The notes: a model not told the origin generated them from the letters alone. 64,000 nt of DNA from Phoronis australis (GCA_002633005.1 NMRA01000485.1:266419-330418), one strand, 5' to 3'; shown: positions 24,818 through 39,604, counted from the stretch's first letter. Numbers and translations are program-made.

Positions 24818-26256
24818 CAGACAGTCTCACACGAAATTTAGAGACTTAATTTGTGTTCCGGACCACAACAACTAAAACTGCATTATGCCCTGTTTAACTT
24901 AGCTCACAAACCATAATCAAATTGACCCTTCTATCCTCAGACTGATAAAATAGGTTTGAAATTCCTAATATTTCTTACGGAGACCGGATTCCATTACCAT
25001 TACCAACTCCAATATTGAAACCATCAGCAACTAGAGAATACCCTTCAGAGTTTATTGAGGTTGGCTAACGTAACCCTAAAATTGGGGATTCGAAAATGGA
25101 GCATATAGGCATTGCCCGCGACTTTATTAGGCAGCAATTAAAGATCAAAATAACATGTTTTCAAATCCCAAAGCACTTCTATTAAGAATTCAACGTTGAC
25201 AATGGCAAAATGTGGCTTTAAATAAAACTGGCCAAGTTGGGTTCAATCGTTACCAGTGCTCTGCTTCTATTATGTTTTAAAACTAGAAACAAAGCTATCG
25301 GTTTCCCCCAAGTTGCTCCCACTATCAACATTATTGCCTTTTGTTGCACATGTAAACGACTCGAGGGGTACAACGAAAGAAATATTGCACTAAAATGGTG
25401 GGAGATTTACCTGCCCCATACACAAGCACGTAAAATACCCAAAGTGCCGCAGAGAGGTAAATTTTTCAGATTTTGACTTGTCTGTGATCAGTATGGGGCA
25501 TCAGAACGGTGCATATTCTTAAATGGACAGGTGCTGACATCTTGCTTATTTACAGACATGTTCCTCTTCTTCCGGTCTGTAATGACCAATCAATCAATAA
25601 TCATTAATTTTATTTTAGTGACCCATAACAATTGCCACCCAGCCACAACTTGGACTTATAAGTCACTATTTTCAAAGAACGTATTAACTACGAGTCTTTT
25701 CCAAATGTGATATTTTTATTACGACATGCAGTGAAAAAATTTGCCTCTACAAACATGTTCCACAGTGAGTTTTCTTGATTAGAAGTAATTGATTACAAAG
25801 AACATAATAATATTGATTAGAAAATAACAGCAGAAACTTATCGCACAAGACAGTAATAAACCTTATTTAACTTGTGACAATAATGTAGTTCGGTCCTGTT
25901 CTCTTCTATGGGATTGCCAACTGAGAGACAACAAAATATAGATTGTAAATTGTCTAATACAGAGAAAGCAGTCGAGTGTTTTAATAGATCGCATCACTTT
26001 GTTGCTGGATCACAGGAACATAACCCACACTGCAAATATTTAAGCTCAGATATCCCGAGACACAGCGACACTGCCAACATCATGCTGGCAGAATTGACAG
26101 ACGGACAGTAGTCAACACAGCACCATTAAGTCATTCACCAGCACATGGACCAAGTAAGCCTCTCTGTGGAACCTTTGTCCTTAATCAAACCCCATAAGTA
26201 CCATACACTGACAGTCTTCCACTGGTAACTCCTTGTAACAGTTTATAAAACTGGCA

Positions 26257-29200
26257 TTAGCTAACAGACTTGAGCTCCACTTCAAATACTAGCGTGCTAT
26301 TGGCTGGAATTGGACCGCTCCGCTGGCCTCCATAGCTAAAAAGAATAATATTATATGACAAAGAAGAAAAACAAGAGAGGGGAAATTAAATGAGCGACGA
26401 TCATACATTCATCAACAATGAAGAGGGTATGATTTTAAAAAACAAAGCTTATTTTTGGTTTTGATTGTAGATAGTTGCATAGCAGTGTTCTCACCAACAT
26501 CAAACTCAAGCGTGGTAATAATGACAAAATGCTGTCAATCACAATGCTCAGCTAAGTGTCGAAGACTAGTGACTCAACATTTTGGTACCACTAAAAGTAC
26601 TGTACAGCCATGACTGATACAACAATCATCTAAAACCCGAACGGCTCACAATTTGAGCGTGATAGTCTGATTTGAATGTGGCGCCCACCACAATCACAAT
26701 CCCTAGTGGGAACGCTGCATTGAGGGAAACTCAACACCATGAGAGTGACAAATGGAGGGCAGTGCGTTACTGACAGTTTGGTAAGGACAAACTAACCCTA
26801 ATACAGTAATGTGAACACTACTCAAATTTAGTTGCCAATGGTTACTCGCTTTTTATTCACTCACTCTCCTCAAACGCGACGGACGAGCATGAAAGTACCA
26901 TACTGGCTATTGTTGACTTTTATCGTAAGTACAAAAGATTCACGACATAACCTTGACAGCCATCTAGTCTCAAAGAATTCGATGCTTCGAGTTTGAGGTC
27001 AAATAGCAGTCTCATTCCTCTCTGAAAATACATTTCAAATTCCCCTGAACATGACACGCACGTACCCCTGAGAAGGAGGAACTGTTATTCTTCGTTTGCT
27101 TCCCACTTTCATGCCTGGAATGGACAGCAAAACATGAACCACAAAATGAAAGAATCTCAAAACAATCGATACACATGCGATGTGCGACAAAGCCATGCAT
27201 GTACTGACGACAATGGAGTATCCAGAGAAAATAACAAAAATTATTTCTGACAAAGGTACGACATTTTACTCCACAGTTAATAGTCAAATTACATTTTTGC
27301 CCAGGGGCTGACACCTGGTTCACACACAAACTGACTGCAACCCCTGTGGTTCCACAACTTTTGCAACCAGCAGAAACATGAACAAATGCAAGGATGTAAG
27401 ATAATTTATGCAAACACCTGTGTTGGTGGTTTGAGTTATCCCAAAATTGGTGACGTTGTCACTAGCACTTCCTGAAGTCAGACTGGATACTTCAAAGGAC
27501 ACACATGCTTTGCCTAGGAGCGATTTTGTTTGTCGTTGCACTCATTAATGAATGTGCTCAACCATCAACTTCTGCTTTCAAAACTGCGATGCGGATGGTT
27601 AGAAATGAACTTTACAGTAGTTTTCAAAAGTGCACAGTGTTGCTATTCGACAAATTTCTTCACACAAAACCTCGACTAAATGTTCATTTCTTTTTGATCC
27701 ATTCCAATGCTGGCTACATATCAACAAAATCTCCACAGCTGTTGCTCTGCGCACTTTGTCAAAATCCCAAAAATTTACTGCGCAAAGCCATTCACAAATA
27801 AACAATTAGTGAGTAGATACAACAATGACTAATTAAACTCTTGACAAAATTTCGTCGACAAAAACACTATTTTATTACCACAAAATTTCGATTAAACTGA
27901 CAAATAATTCTAGCAAAAAAATTGTCAGATTGATAAAACTTGAGTTCAGTCAAAGTCTGCACAATTCATTCTGAAAACAACTGTAAAATGGAAAGAAATG
28001 ACCCCTACACAGGCAACAAAATTTGTCCAGAAAAAAACCTCAATTGGTGCTTCAACCACTGAAAAACCACTAACACTTTCACAACACTCATGTGAACGCA
28101 GTACGAGCTGGACTGTCTGCGCTTCAGGGTATCCTTTCCACTATCAGCGTTTGGAAATCATGTGGAGATAACTGAGCTGCTACGAGGCTTTTCAATACAT
28201 CAACATCTGACAGAATTCAATCCAGTTTACGTTGAAAGTGAAATTAGCTTATGGGATTAAACCCGAAATACTGCACAAGTCAAAAGAAATTAGGATGTTA
28301 CCTGCTAGCCCGTGATCCCAGCCTTTAATCACCTCACCCTTGCCCAGCTTAAACTTGAATGGCTTGCCTCCCGTACACGCGTCAAACTGCTTGCCATTTT
28401 GTAGCAGCTTGCCAGAGTAGTAAACTCCAACCTGCATTAGAGGAACATTGTGCATGAGATATGTACCTGTGCTTTACTGCAACTTTCAAAAGGCCTGCAA
28501 ATTCGATCCGTTTCACGTTTCTTTTGGCTACAAATGTTGAAACTAGATCAACGCAAAGCGTTGAAAGGTGCACCCGACTGCACCGCAAACAGCATACTTC
28601 TAGTGGTGTCTATTAACTATCAGATCAATAATGTGGGGATAGGTCGTGGTAGTACAGTTGGGTCACCCAGTTCTTAGTTGAATGGTAGATAGTTGGTCAA
28701 CAAGGTAGCAACAGCAAGTTGATAGAGAGCAGCATAGAAACTAACACAGTCGTTGAGTTAATACCGATTCAAAAAGTTCATTAACCCTAACAACATTATA
28801 TAATTATATAAAGTGAATAGAATATGCGTGGGTTGTGAGTGCAATATTGAAAGTTCCGGTGATTTCATCCAAATCATAAGCATGAATGGAGTCTGGACAG
28901 CTGTATGGCATATAGGGTTTCACTATGAGTGGGCGCTGGTAGTGACATAGTAAACAACAACACAAGGATGTCCCGGAATTGTTATGTAACATAAACTGTT
29001 TTGTTGGGATTGTACTTCGTAGGAAATGATGAAACTTGAACTTAATGAACTTCATGAGAATTCATGACACAATTTGGTCACTGAGATGTCAAACCTGAAA
29101 AAGGACTGGTGCTGGCGCATTTCAATCATATATGTCTCTGTGAAGGATCCATTAATAAAAAAATGTTTCAAAATTTTGACAAAAATCAAGCAATACTTTG

Positions 29201-32200
29201 TCAAAAAACTGAAACGGCCAACAGCAGGCGCTACAGTAGACCAATCTGTCTTCAGATGCTGGAGAATCCCAGCCATAAATCCTTGTTTTATTAAATTCTT
29301 TCCAGCAATAATTGACAGACAGGAAAATGTACTCAAAAACTAAAATTGCATCGTCTGAAAATGTACTCAAAAACTAAAATTGCATCGTCTGAAAATGTAC
29401 TCAAAAACTAAAATTGCATCGTCTGAAAATGTACTAGTGACGGATCTTTCCAACCACACTTCTGTGTTAACTTACAGCGAAATTTGTCAAGTCATTTTGC
29501 CAAAAAGTGACAGGCAATGAACTTGTCATTGAAAACTAAAATGCCCAACAGGAGTGCCACAGCAGTCCAAATGCACGTCTAACACTTTCTACATTTTGTA
29601 TCTCACAAGACTTTTTGTTTTCTCTTCTGTTTCAGTGTACTTATCATTCATTTCATTTTTTTCACTAGTAATTGAAGGGGGCACTGCTGAACAGCAGTCA
29701 GATAAAGCAGGCCACTCTCTCAACATAAAACAAAATACAAACATCACCACACAAACACAGGACAACTACTCACAGTTTTGCCAGACTTTGCCTCAGGACC
29801 ATGCCCTTCCTTCAGTTCCTCTACTGTGGTTCCCCCGGCAACGACCCGTTTGACTGGTGTCTTGGAGGGCTTGGTCGTATTTGCTGTAGGAGTTTTCTTC
29901 TGCAGCCACAAAAGGAGAAGATCACGCCATCATGCCATTTCTCATCACAGATTAAAACCAACAGAAGGCACTTAGACTAGCGACTTGATCAAAAGTTAAA
30001 GTTCTAGGCATTCTTCACCTTATAGAACAAATATGTTCAAATTTAAGAAATGGGATTGTGCGTGAATAATCTTAACTTGGTGTTCGGATCAGTTCACTCA
30101 AGTCAGATTCGTCGATTGAGTACCTCATATTGACATGGAAACTGTTAGGTCATGACATGACCCAGAGCCAGTGTGCGGTACAGATTCACGAATGTTAATA
30201 GCCTACAAAATGTGCTACTTACACTATCAGCTGGTGTGTTTGTCTTGTTCTCAACCTCTCCTGCTTGTTCTTTTTTCAGTTTCTTTTTTAGCCGCTTCTT
30301 TTGCGACTTGCTCAACTGCGAGTTGTCAACCTGAAAATGATGTCGCAAGATTCGACATAATTAAGAAACGTTATCCTTTAGCTTCCTCTCCCTGTTGTGG
30401 CCAACTGCGTCACGGCAAAACATAGAACAAAAGGTCAAAAGCACAGCACAAGACAAAAGTATTCAGCCAAAAATGACCCAGGAATTCCCTGTCATAAGGC
30501 TGGACGGAAGCCGAAACCATCATAAAAGTAGTCTTCTCTTGCGACTGAGAATGAAACTGGCTAAGCTATTCTGCAAATAATTTTGCACAAATAATAGTCA
30601 TTACCAGCTATTTTTTGCAGTCGGCACACAGAGTTAGCCGTCATGGCTGAGAAATGTCAGCTTGTGTCAATGCAATACCAAATAAAGATTCTTCTCATGT
30701 AAACAAAAGTAAGTCCATAAGCCATTTATTGCACACAGCACTTGCAACAATCAAATACACGTGCATTGTCGTCCAACGCAGGTTTTAATGTCAATTAACT
30801 TTATTTTCTAAAAGCGTTTTGTAGACAAAACCCAAAATACCTTTTGCCAATGTGCTGAGGAACACATCAGTGTCATCAAAACTGGCCAATCATCCCTTAG
30901 AAAGACAAACTAAACACAATTTTTGAACTTCTGCACCATACCTGAATTTTCATGGACTGAAAAGAAACCCTTTGCAGTTTTGTAATCGTGTACTGGTGTT
31001 CAGTCTTAGGAATTAGCGCTAGGTGACACACATCTCATATTAAGTCCTGGGTCCTGAATTCCATCCTAGCACTCCACATACCTTATCCCCTTTCCCACTA
31101 GGTGTCACTGCCTCCTTGTTGGCCTGTTTCCCAGCCACTTTCCCTTGTTGTCCCTTCTCGGCCTTCTTGCTCTTCTGTTTTTCTTGTTTTGCCGGCTTCT
31201 CGTAACTACCAGTGGAGTCCTCCGACACCCCATCATCAGACTCTACAGCTGGCAGTTCAAGATCATCCTCCTCATCTGCAGGCAAGAAAACATTGCTCAC
31301 TAGGTGGCAGTGCGCCAGCTGCACTTGGGAACAGAAACAGACAATTTGCACAAAACTGGCATTGTGGGACGTTGCCTATGAGCCTATTTCCGAAATGGAA
31401 GTTTTTCAAAACAATATCAGTTGAGTATTTTAAACATGCTTGTCTGGCATAGTCTGGTGTCTGGCATAGTCTGGTGTCTGGCATAGTCTGGTGTCTGGTA
31501 TAGTCTGGTGTCCGTTCCACAAGTGCAAGTCAAGAATTAATTTGGCTGAGGACATTTGACCAATTACGCACTTTGAATTAATTCATTTCGGAGCAAAAGA
31601 AATCACCTGAAGTAACTCTCGTAGCCGTGGCAACAGACTGTTCAACACGTGAAACATCAACTAGCAGCTGTGTGATTTGGGTTTTCGGAACACATAAACC
31701 TCGACTGAGAAAAACTGGATATAAACCAGTTATAGTAAAAACACTATCCTAAATGGCCACACTGGCTGGCAACATAGTTTGTGTTGTTTACAATCTGCAT
31801 TAATTGAACTCCGAACTTTAAATAGTCATGCAAATTTCCTGCAACTCAGACATTGGATAATTACAGAATGTCTTTATAGTCCAGAAATTAACACTGAAAG
31901 TTTGACCATAAAACAGCAAAACTGAATCTGGTCTGTGGCCAACTCATTATGAAACCGGTGCCTCGTGGTTTAAAGAAAAAAAGACATGTTTGCATAACTT
32001 TAGCGAATTTTTTTCTTCTAAATCTACCCAATGTATCTTGGCAAGATTGTTTTAACTATCTGGCTTGGCAACTGAGGCACAATCACCGACGTAATGGCCT
32101 TAATTTGACTGGTTATGACTCACAGAGGCATCGGGTGATTTTTTTCTTTCTGAAAACTGGGTAAAATTACTAGAAAATATGGTACGATGACATCAAATTT

Positions 32201-35200
32201 CTAAAAATACAGACCAGAAACAATTTGGCCATTATTTGGCCTTCTGTGACGTACCGCTTTCTTCACTCTCTCCCTCACCAAGAAACTGAAAAGTACGACA
32301 AGCATTCATGAGTCAGGGACCAAAGAATGGGCACATTGTTGATGTTTAGTGCATTTAACTAGGATGGTGTTAGATTGCATCAACCATAACAAGGCAATTT
32401 CCATGTGATCAACAACAACAACAATATGCACCAGGTTTGCTAAAGATAATGGAAAAGCTGCGGTTAAAAAGTTTTCACCATGTAAACATTCATACCAGCT
32501 TCATAATTTCGATAGCATCATAAAGGAGTGAATTGTAGAGACATTTTACAAACTAAGGTGGAAACAAGGCAAGTTCAAGAAACGTCATTTTTCATGACAT
32601 CTCATATAACACTGTCATAGCCATATTGTTGTTGACACCTCCAATGCCTAAGTCTACACTAGAAAAGATCACTGGTATTCAAGTCAAGTCTTCACTGGAG
32701 AAGATCATTGATACTCAAGGTAAGCTTAGGTAAGGGGGCTGTCTACGACAAAACCAAATGCTTCAACTTGGGCATATTTTCCGAAACTGAGTCGAACCTT
32801 TTAGGATTCTGTTTTAAAGCAAATTATTCTTTAAGGTATTTTGCTGTGTTGTCACCAGTAGGAATTTTATTCATCCATACTAATTTCGCATTCAGCAATC
32901 ACAGTACATTAACACTGTTCCTCACACAGTACTAATACAGTTAGTTACCAACAAAGTGACTCAATATCTCATTAACTGGTAGTCATTTGAACAAAATCTC
33001 GATCCAACATATAACGTCTTGCCAAAATAAACAAACAAGAGCCACGCAGAGCGTTAAAATGCACTCGTGAAAGCACCGTAAACAGTGTGCTTCTAGGGGT
33101 GTTTATTTGGAACATAAAAATGGCCACGAGGTGACAAAAAATATGTCGAATCCATCCAAAAACTGGTATGTGTCATCAAAGCTATTCATCGAATTTCATA
33201 AAAATCCGTCAAGCAACTTCAGTGTGAGAAACCGAGGAAAACAAAAATGAAATTGCAACTAAGAGGATATAGGCGAAAAAAATATAGCTGCCACTAAGAG
33301 GCACCACAGTACATGAAGTCATCGGAAAATCATCATCAGACTTCCTCTTCACATTAGGAACATTCATGCCAATTGACACAACCATCCTTAGAGTGGTTTG
33401 GTTGACAGTTGACAGAGAATCAGCGGACATTCTGTCACCAGGGCTTGGAATGACCAATGACAAAAAACGCGGAAACTTTGAAACTTTTACGACCCAAATC
33501 ATGCTCGATAACCAGCCTTGAATGATCAATGTGAACCTTTCCCCGATAAAAATCGGAAGGACTAAAAAAAGAAAAAAAAAAAAAAACGTTACCACCATCA
33601 GTAGCATGCGTCTGCGTCCTTTTAGCTCGCCCGTCCACTCCCAACCCACACATTTTTGGCTGCAGAGCGGTAGTATTTGTCGCCGCGCTTAACAATAACA
33701 CGAGACGCCATTGAACATCCCACCACGCTGTCCCAGATGCCCCAGCAATGTTGACAATTTACGTTCCTCCGAAACATAAAGAGCAACTTCCGCTTTTCGA
33801 GGTGAACGTCGTCTGCAACGCCGCGGTAAGAAAGGAATTTGCCGCGGAAATTTTATATCAAATCCGATTTTTTTACGCGGAAATATTATAAAAAAAGCGG
33901 AAAGCACATTTGAAAAAAGCAGAAATCCGCGTTTCCGCGGAAAATTCCAAGCTCTGTGTCACACTACATTTGGCGTCAACTGCTACAGCTTGACCTTATT
34001 TCTTAAACAAAGCTTACATTGTCCATATCTTCATCATCATCACTATCGTCTTCTTCATCGTCATCTTCATCATCTTTAGATTCAATAACTTCAACTTTGC
34101 TCTTTTTATTTGACTTCGGTTTCTCAGTCTTCTTTCGTTTTCCTGTAATGACACAAGATTTGTAGAACAAAAATTACTAAAATCAAAATCATCAAAATAC
34201 CTCCTCTGTAACAGCGGCGTTATTTATATGCATCGGCAATAAAATACTAAACGCTAATACAAGACATTCAAAGTCGTTGCCATTATAGCCACCAACCTGC
34301 CCATACAACGCACCGACTGGTGAAAATCATCAAATGAAATCTTGACAAAAAATCCATACGTGTAACAATATGACACTTCACGATTTGGCTGTGTGAATGC
34401 AATTTTTTGCTAAAAATTCATTCGATAGTTTTGTATGGCTGAACATGAATTTCACTGAACAGAGAACAAACCTAGGCTCTCACAAGCTTCCGTCAAAAAA
34501 ACTAACTGTTGATTTAGAACAGTTACTGTTCTTAAAAATGGTTTCAAATTTTCCTTAATCAAAGGAGTGATTTCTGGGCTTGTGAAGGATTAAAAGTTCA
34601 TCCAAGTGCTTGAAACCATCCCCACATAAAATGACCTGCCGCGAACAGTGAACACATTAAGCATAGACCCAAGCAACAGGGAAGAGTAAGCCCACAAATC
34701 ACACCATGCCAATCTGATATCGGCAAGTGTTCCAAATCCTTAATAGTAATTTTTTGACAAAAAGAAGATTTACACGGTAGAACTCACAAATTTAGGACAC
34801 AATATCGTGGAAAAATGTAATTTTATTTTCTTGACGCATAAAATAAACCTCATACTTCATAATGTTCAACTTGTGTACTGTAGCTACCACCAGAAAACAT
34901 TTTGAAAATAAGTGGACGTCAGGAGTCTTTGAAAAACGGAAAAGATAATTTTTGGCTATTATTTTATCCAAAATTGGCAAGATATTAACACAGCAGCTTT
35001 CACGTGACTCACAACTCCTCCCCCCTCTCCCCATGTGCGGCATCGGACCTACCCTTCCCAGGCGTCCAATCATCTTCTTCCTCCTCTTCTGACTCCTCCT
35101 CCATGTCCTTCAAAGCCGCCAGCGTTGGAACTTCTGAAATCACAAACTAGTCTTACAGTGAGGGCCAAGAATGTTTTGACACCCAGAAAATAGGGAGGGT

Positions 35201-38200
35201 GGCCCAACGACGGCTGATGTGCAATTTGCTTCGATGAGCAGTCAACAGCCCTTACTATCTTCCAGATATCTAGCTGGTATCGACTTGTTACCACTCATTC
35301 AACAAAATACCCTACAACAGCACTGTACCACCAATAGCAAACATTTGTTTAAAATTTATTTCATCAAAACAACATACAATAGATAACATTACTGCCACAG
35401 AATCAATTTAGACAACAGGTACACATTGTACAAATAAATAATTAAACAGTGAAACAATGATAACACACAGTGCATCAAGCAAGACATAGATAATAAATTA
35501 GTGACCAACGAAACAATTTCATGTGTCCCCAAGGGTAATAATCGTTTGCCACATAACAAGTAGCAGTTGGCCAACAAAATTGCAAAACGGCCATCAGTGA
35601 AGGCCAATTTAGCAGAATCAACCATCAGTATTCAGGCTCGCCTCAACTGAGGTGGCTCTGATCTGTAGATAGATTACAAATTCAAACCAGGTGACATTTG
35701 TAGATCATAGCGCCCTGATTTAATTTCTAGAAAAATGCCGAGATTTAGCCACGCTTTGTTGCATTTAAGAAAGTGTACAATGCAAAGATAGCTGAAAAAA
35801 GATTACACAATCGTTTTACGTGAAGTATCAAGAAAATCAAAACTCTTAAAAGCACTTTGCAGTGTTCAATCAACAAAGATTGCAAAATAACTCCAGATTA
35901 TTACAAAAAAAGGATTATTCAAGAAGCAACAAGAGTAGGTTCTTCTTGACAGTCCATAAACTGTACCCAGGATGTCACACGGTCTCACCCAGTGGAAACA
36001 AAACAGCTTGCAATTAAAGTGACAGTTGACAATTCTTTGGCTTTTCCACCTAAATGGAAGAAATATCTGACTGGATTTACACGATAGATGGGCAAAGAAT
36101 TACCGTGCTGAGCATTTCAAGAAAAATACTCAACGTCACGTACCAGCCTCATCATCATCCTCCTCCTCTTCGTCATCGTCACTTTCGTCCGTTGCATCCT
36201 CCTCCGACATTTCCTCCATCATGGTCTCATCTCCGGCCATGTCTTCGTGCAAGTATCCGGTCAGGTGCACAGAGCCTGATGACAAACAGAACGTTACAAA
36301 TTAATGTGATGATTCTAGGTGCCATCAAACATAGAAACAGATAGATAGTCAATCATGTAAAAAAATATCATTCACTTTCTACATATAAAAATATCACAAA
36401 ATTGTATCTGTAATAATACTGAAAATTAAATTCTCATATACTGTTATTTACCATTTGCAGCTAATTTAGACTGAATCAAGCACAAAATACACCGAGACAT
36501 AAAATTTAGCACCTAACATAAGATCGTATCAATGGAATTCTACTTGATAAAAATTTCTCAATGAAAATAAATGTCAAGAAAACTAGACTTAATCATAGGC
36601 AGGGTGCGTAGTATATGGCTATTATGAAATTAAAGTAAAATTCGAAATGGAAGGACTGGAAATACAATCTTTCTCTTGTTTTCCTTTGAAAAATGGAAAA
36701 GTGAAATATAGCAAAATTCAGTATAAAATTAAAGAGAAATTACTGTGACTATGAAATCAGAAACATGAATTATACATTCTCAAACATTAAATACAAAAAG
36801 TGAGCTAATCTCAAACGCACAACCTAGTTGACCCCACGACCTTACCATGACCTGTGAGGTAGAAGATGACCTCTTCCCCTTCAGTAAAGTTCAGGTCCAG
36901 AGGCTGCTGTAACACACTGTGGGGGTTCAGAGAACACAGCAGGAACTCTGCCTTCTCATGGAGTATCATCACTGACACTGTGCCACCTTTCTTGTCCCCA
37001 TCCCCTGAATAGGTAACAAATAAAATTCATTAAGTTTTCGTAAATCTATGTCCATTCTTCGGGGAGTTTGCAAGTTAAATATTGGAATGCATAAATTGAA
37101 CTAGTAGCAACAGTCCAAACTGTTCTTATTTGCTTTTTGAAGAGAATATCAATATCTTAATACTTCAAACTCATTGCATAGGTTTTCCAACTTTACACAA
37201 GTAAGCTGAACTCGTCAAGGCAAAATTCAAACTAGACACAGTGATGAGCCATAGCAGGTTGTGGAGCACATTGTTAAGCTGTACTTGAGCCAGTGGAATG
37301 ACTCACCTTTGCCAGGTTCCAGTGCGGCCATACTTATGTGGAAAGGCTGTTCCACAGTCTGCGAGTAACGTTTGCCTCCATCTAGGGTGATGCCTACACA
37401 ATGGAAAATGATTGGACCATTTAAGATTATTATGAACACCATATTGTCAGGGAACTGAACATAGATTAAAAATCTGCATCAATTCAAAGTGACCGATATC
37501 ATCAGTTTCAGACTCTAAAAAGTGGAAGTCACACTTAAACAATTATTTCATTCAAAATGAATTTGATACTTGGCACAGATTCTTAGGGCGAAAGGAACAG
37601 CTGGCTGGATAATGGAAACCGTGCACACATCTCTAAAGTAGAATTCAAAATAACATGTTAAAATTTTCTAAATCCTAATTTTTTATGAGAAATTGAAACT
37701 CCGCTTGTCTCCGCTCATGCAAAGTAGGTGAATAATTGCCGCAACAGTATCTCCATCTATTGCCGAGGCAGGGAACCAGCACATTCCCCAACTGACAACA
37801 ACCATATCATACTCAATCTATGATCATGGTTTCAACACAAGCCAACCAGTAGGCAATGCCTTGGAATACTCTGTGAATCCTTAACCTTATGTAGTAGTGT
37901 AGCCTAGACAAGTTTTGGCCAATTTTTTGGACTTTCTGATTTTCAGTACATTTTCACTACTAAGTTATCACCAACTCACGACGAAATTTATAGCAAGTTA
38001 CCGATGAAGACCATTACGATGAAGCTAGAGCCAGAGAACAGCATTGATGGACCAACTAACCACCCCCTCTAGGGGATCTTTACAGAAAGCATGCTCAGCA
38101 CAGACAATACACATCACATGAGGACATTAAAGGGTGGTTGACCAAAGTCGCTCAGCGCTGATGCGACAACTTAATATTTTTCCGGCAATCATCTAACCTG

Positions 38201-39604
38201 CTAATTAAGTTGGGTCCTGTTTGACCAGACAATTTCCACCATTTACTTAAGACTGTCAATGACTTTCAAGACACTGGATGGAGATTCCAGTGTATTGAAA
38301 GTGTTCTACACTCAAGTGGAGTGTAGAAAATTTGACATGTCAATGGCAGCTATCAAACACAGGCTGCCAGAAGTCACGCATCCAAACAGTTTGGCAAAGA
38401 GGTAATTGCCACTTCACTTCGCAAGCATTTTCAATAGGCTTTATATGACTTTACACCCAGAATAGGAAATTTACAACATCGTATATCATCAATGGCATTC
38501 ACCTGGGTAGAGTTCAATGATAACACTATGCTCCCTTCATAAGTAAGATCTCGTGAAATATCGCCGTTACTTTCAATGAAAGCACATGAGTTTGGCTATA
38601 TATTTAATCATTTCTCACCCTGACTCCTGAGTCACTTGTTGAATTTAATGGTGATTACTGTCTCTAGCTGGCATCAGTAGAGGCAGTGAATCTCCTACGG
38701 TAAGCTTTTTGGTGAATTATGCCTCACTTATTAAAACATCAAAGTCACATTGCTATAAGTACGTTCTGTGCACAGAGGAACACCTTAGCTTAGGAGCCCG
38801 TGGATGTCTTTCATTAGTTGCAACTCCAATAACTACTCCCGTAATCAAATTTTTTTCAAGCAGTCCTTCGTTCTGTCTCCCAAATCAGCAACAGGCCATT
38901 TTTAACACTGTGTATGCTCTGGCGGGCATGGTAAGAAAGTTGATTACGTGAGTTGGTGTTCAAGTTGGAAGGAATTAAATTTAAAGACATCCACAGCCTC
39001 TTCTATGCACAAAAGGTACTTATAACAACGTGACTTTGATGTTTTAATCAGAGTGAAGCATAATTAGCCGAAAAACTTATGGCGTATAGAGCTTCCTGTC
39101 TATTGTAGACAATGACCAATGAGCAATCCCTCGTTCAGTTGCCAAAATCAGTAACTGGTCATTTTTACACTTTGCACGACAGGGTATATGACGTCATAGC
39201 ACCTGTCGTGTGTCGTTGCCATTGTTAAAAATACCCTATTTCCGATTTGGAGACTGCTCGAAGAAAAAGTTGAATAAATCGTTAGTATTTGTTCGAGTTG
39301 GAAGGAATTAAAGACACCGAGGGCTTCCTAAGGTGTCCCTCTATGCGCAAAAGGTACTTATAACAACGTGATTTTGATCTTTTAATCAGGTGTGAGGCAT
39401 AATTCGCCAGCTTGTGGTCATTTTTAAATGAACTTGACACCGGTCTGTATCGGCTTGTGGAGAAAAACTCAACGTTCAATTGTTTATCGATGCAAGAGAC
39501 TTTGATATCAAACTGACTAACGCTCCAGGAACATCATGAAGTAAATTTCGACTCTAAGCGTATATCAGTACAAAAGTGCGCATCTGATTCTCACCCCAAA
39601 ACAT
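26257..39604 (-). CDS. Nucleoplasmin-like FK506-binding nuclear protein (FKBP39/FKBP46/Fpr4-type histone chaperone and PPIase), 13 exons, ~436 aa
   Basis: Exons on minus: 39604-39595, 37393-37307, 37004-36846, 36275-36144, 35133-35053, 34142-34018, 32285-32255, 31275-31082, 30330-30223, 29899-29774, 28431-28302, 27114-27066, 26335-26257 (1311 nt). N-terminal NPL domain [42 protein letters not shown], then an acidic/basic linker, then a C-terminal FKBP domain [41 protein letters not shown]. Confidence 0.93.
29323..29435. repeat. Minisatellite, 34-bp unit x3.3, perfect
   Basis: GAAAATGTACTCAAAAACTAAAATTGCATCGTCT repeated head to tail with no spacers. Confidence 0.95.
31441..31512. repeat. Minisatellite, 17-bp unit x4
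   Basis: TGTCTGGCATAGTCTGG tandem copies. Confidence 0.93.
33439..33956. mobile_element. MITE, CAGGGCTTGGAAT-TIR family, subtype B (longer copy)
   Basis: Same TIRs and a 6-bp TSD TGTCAC. It has ~110 bp of extra sequence near the left end relative to the 24410 copy. Confidence 0.88.
38692..39410. repeat. Degenerate foldback element (38692-39091) plus a third copy of its arm (39296-39410)
   Basis: AATTATGCCTCACTTATTAAAACATCAAAGTCAC.. at ~38714 has inverted homologs at ~39000-39065 and ~39340-39404. Confidence 0.7.

Noticed and set aside
26792-27000. CTAACCCTAA (telomerase template-like) followed by a T-run and possible pseudoknot pairing (CCTCAAAC/GTTTGAGG)
   Set aside because: A 10-mer can occur by chance in 64 kb. 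There is no A-rich triplex strand, P6.1 or H/ACA domain, and the transcript would run antisense through FKBP exon 12.
29323-29435. 34-bp repeats of CRISPR-like length
   Set aside because: The units are contiguous with no spacers, no cas genes are present, and the site is a eukaryotic intron.
24365-33907. Pairs of similar ORFs (24365-24768 and 33209-33907)
   Set aside because: They lie in two copies of the same non-coding MITE, their frames differ between copies, and they have no transposase motifs.
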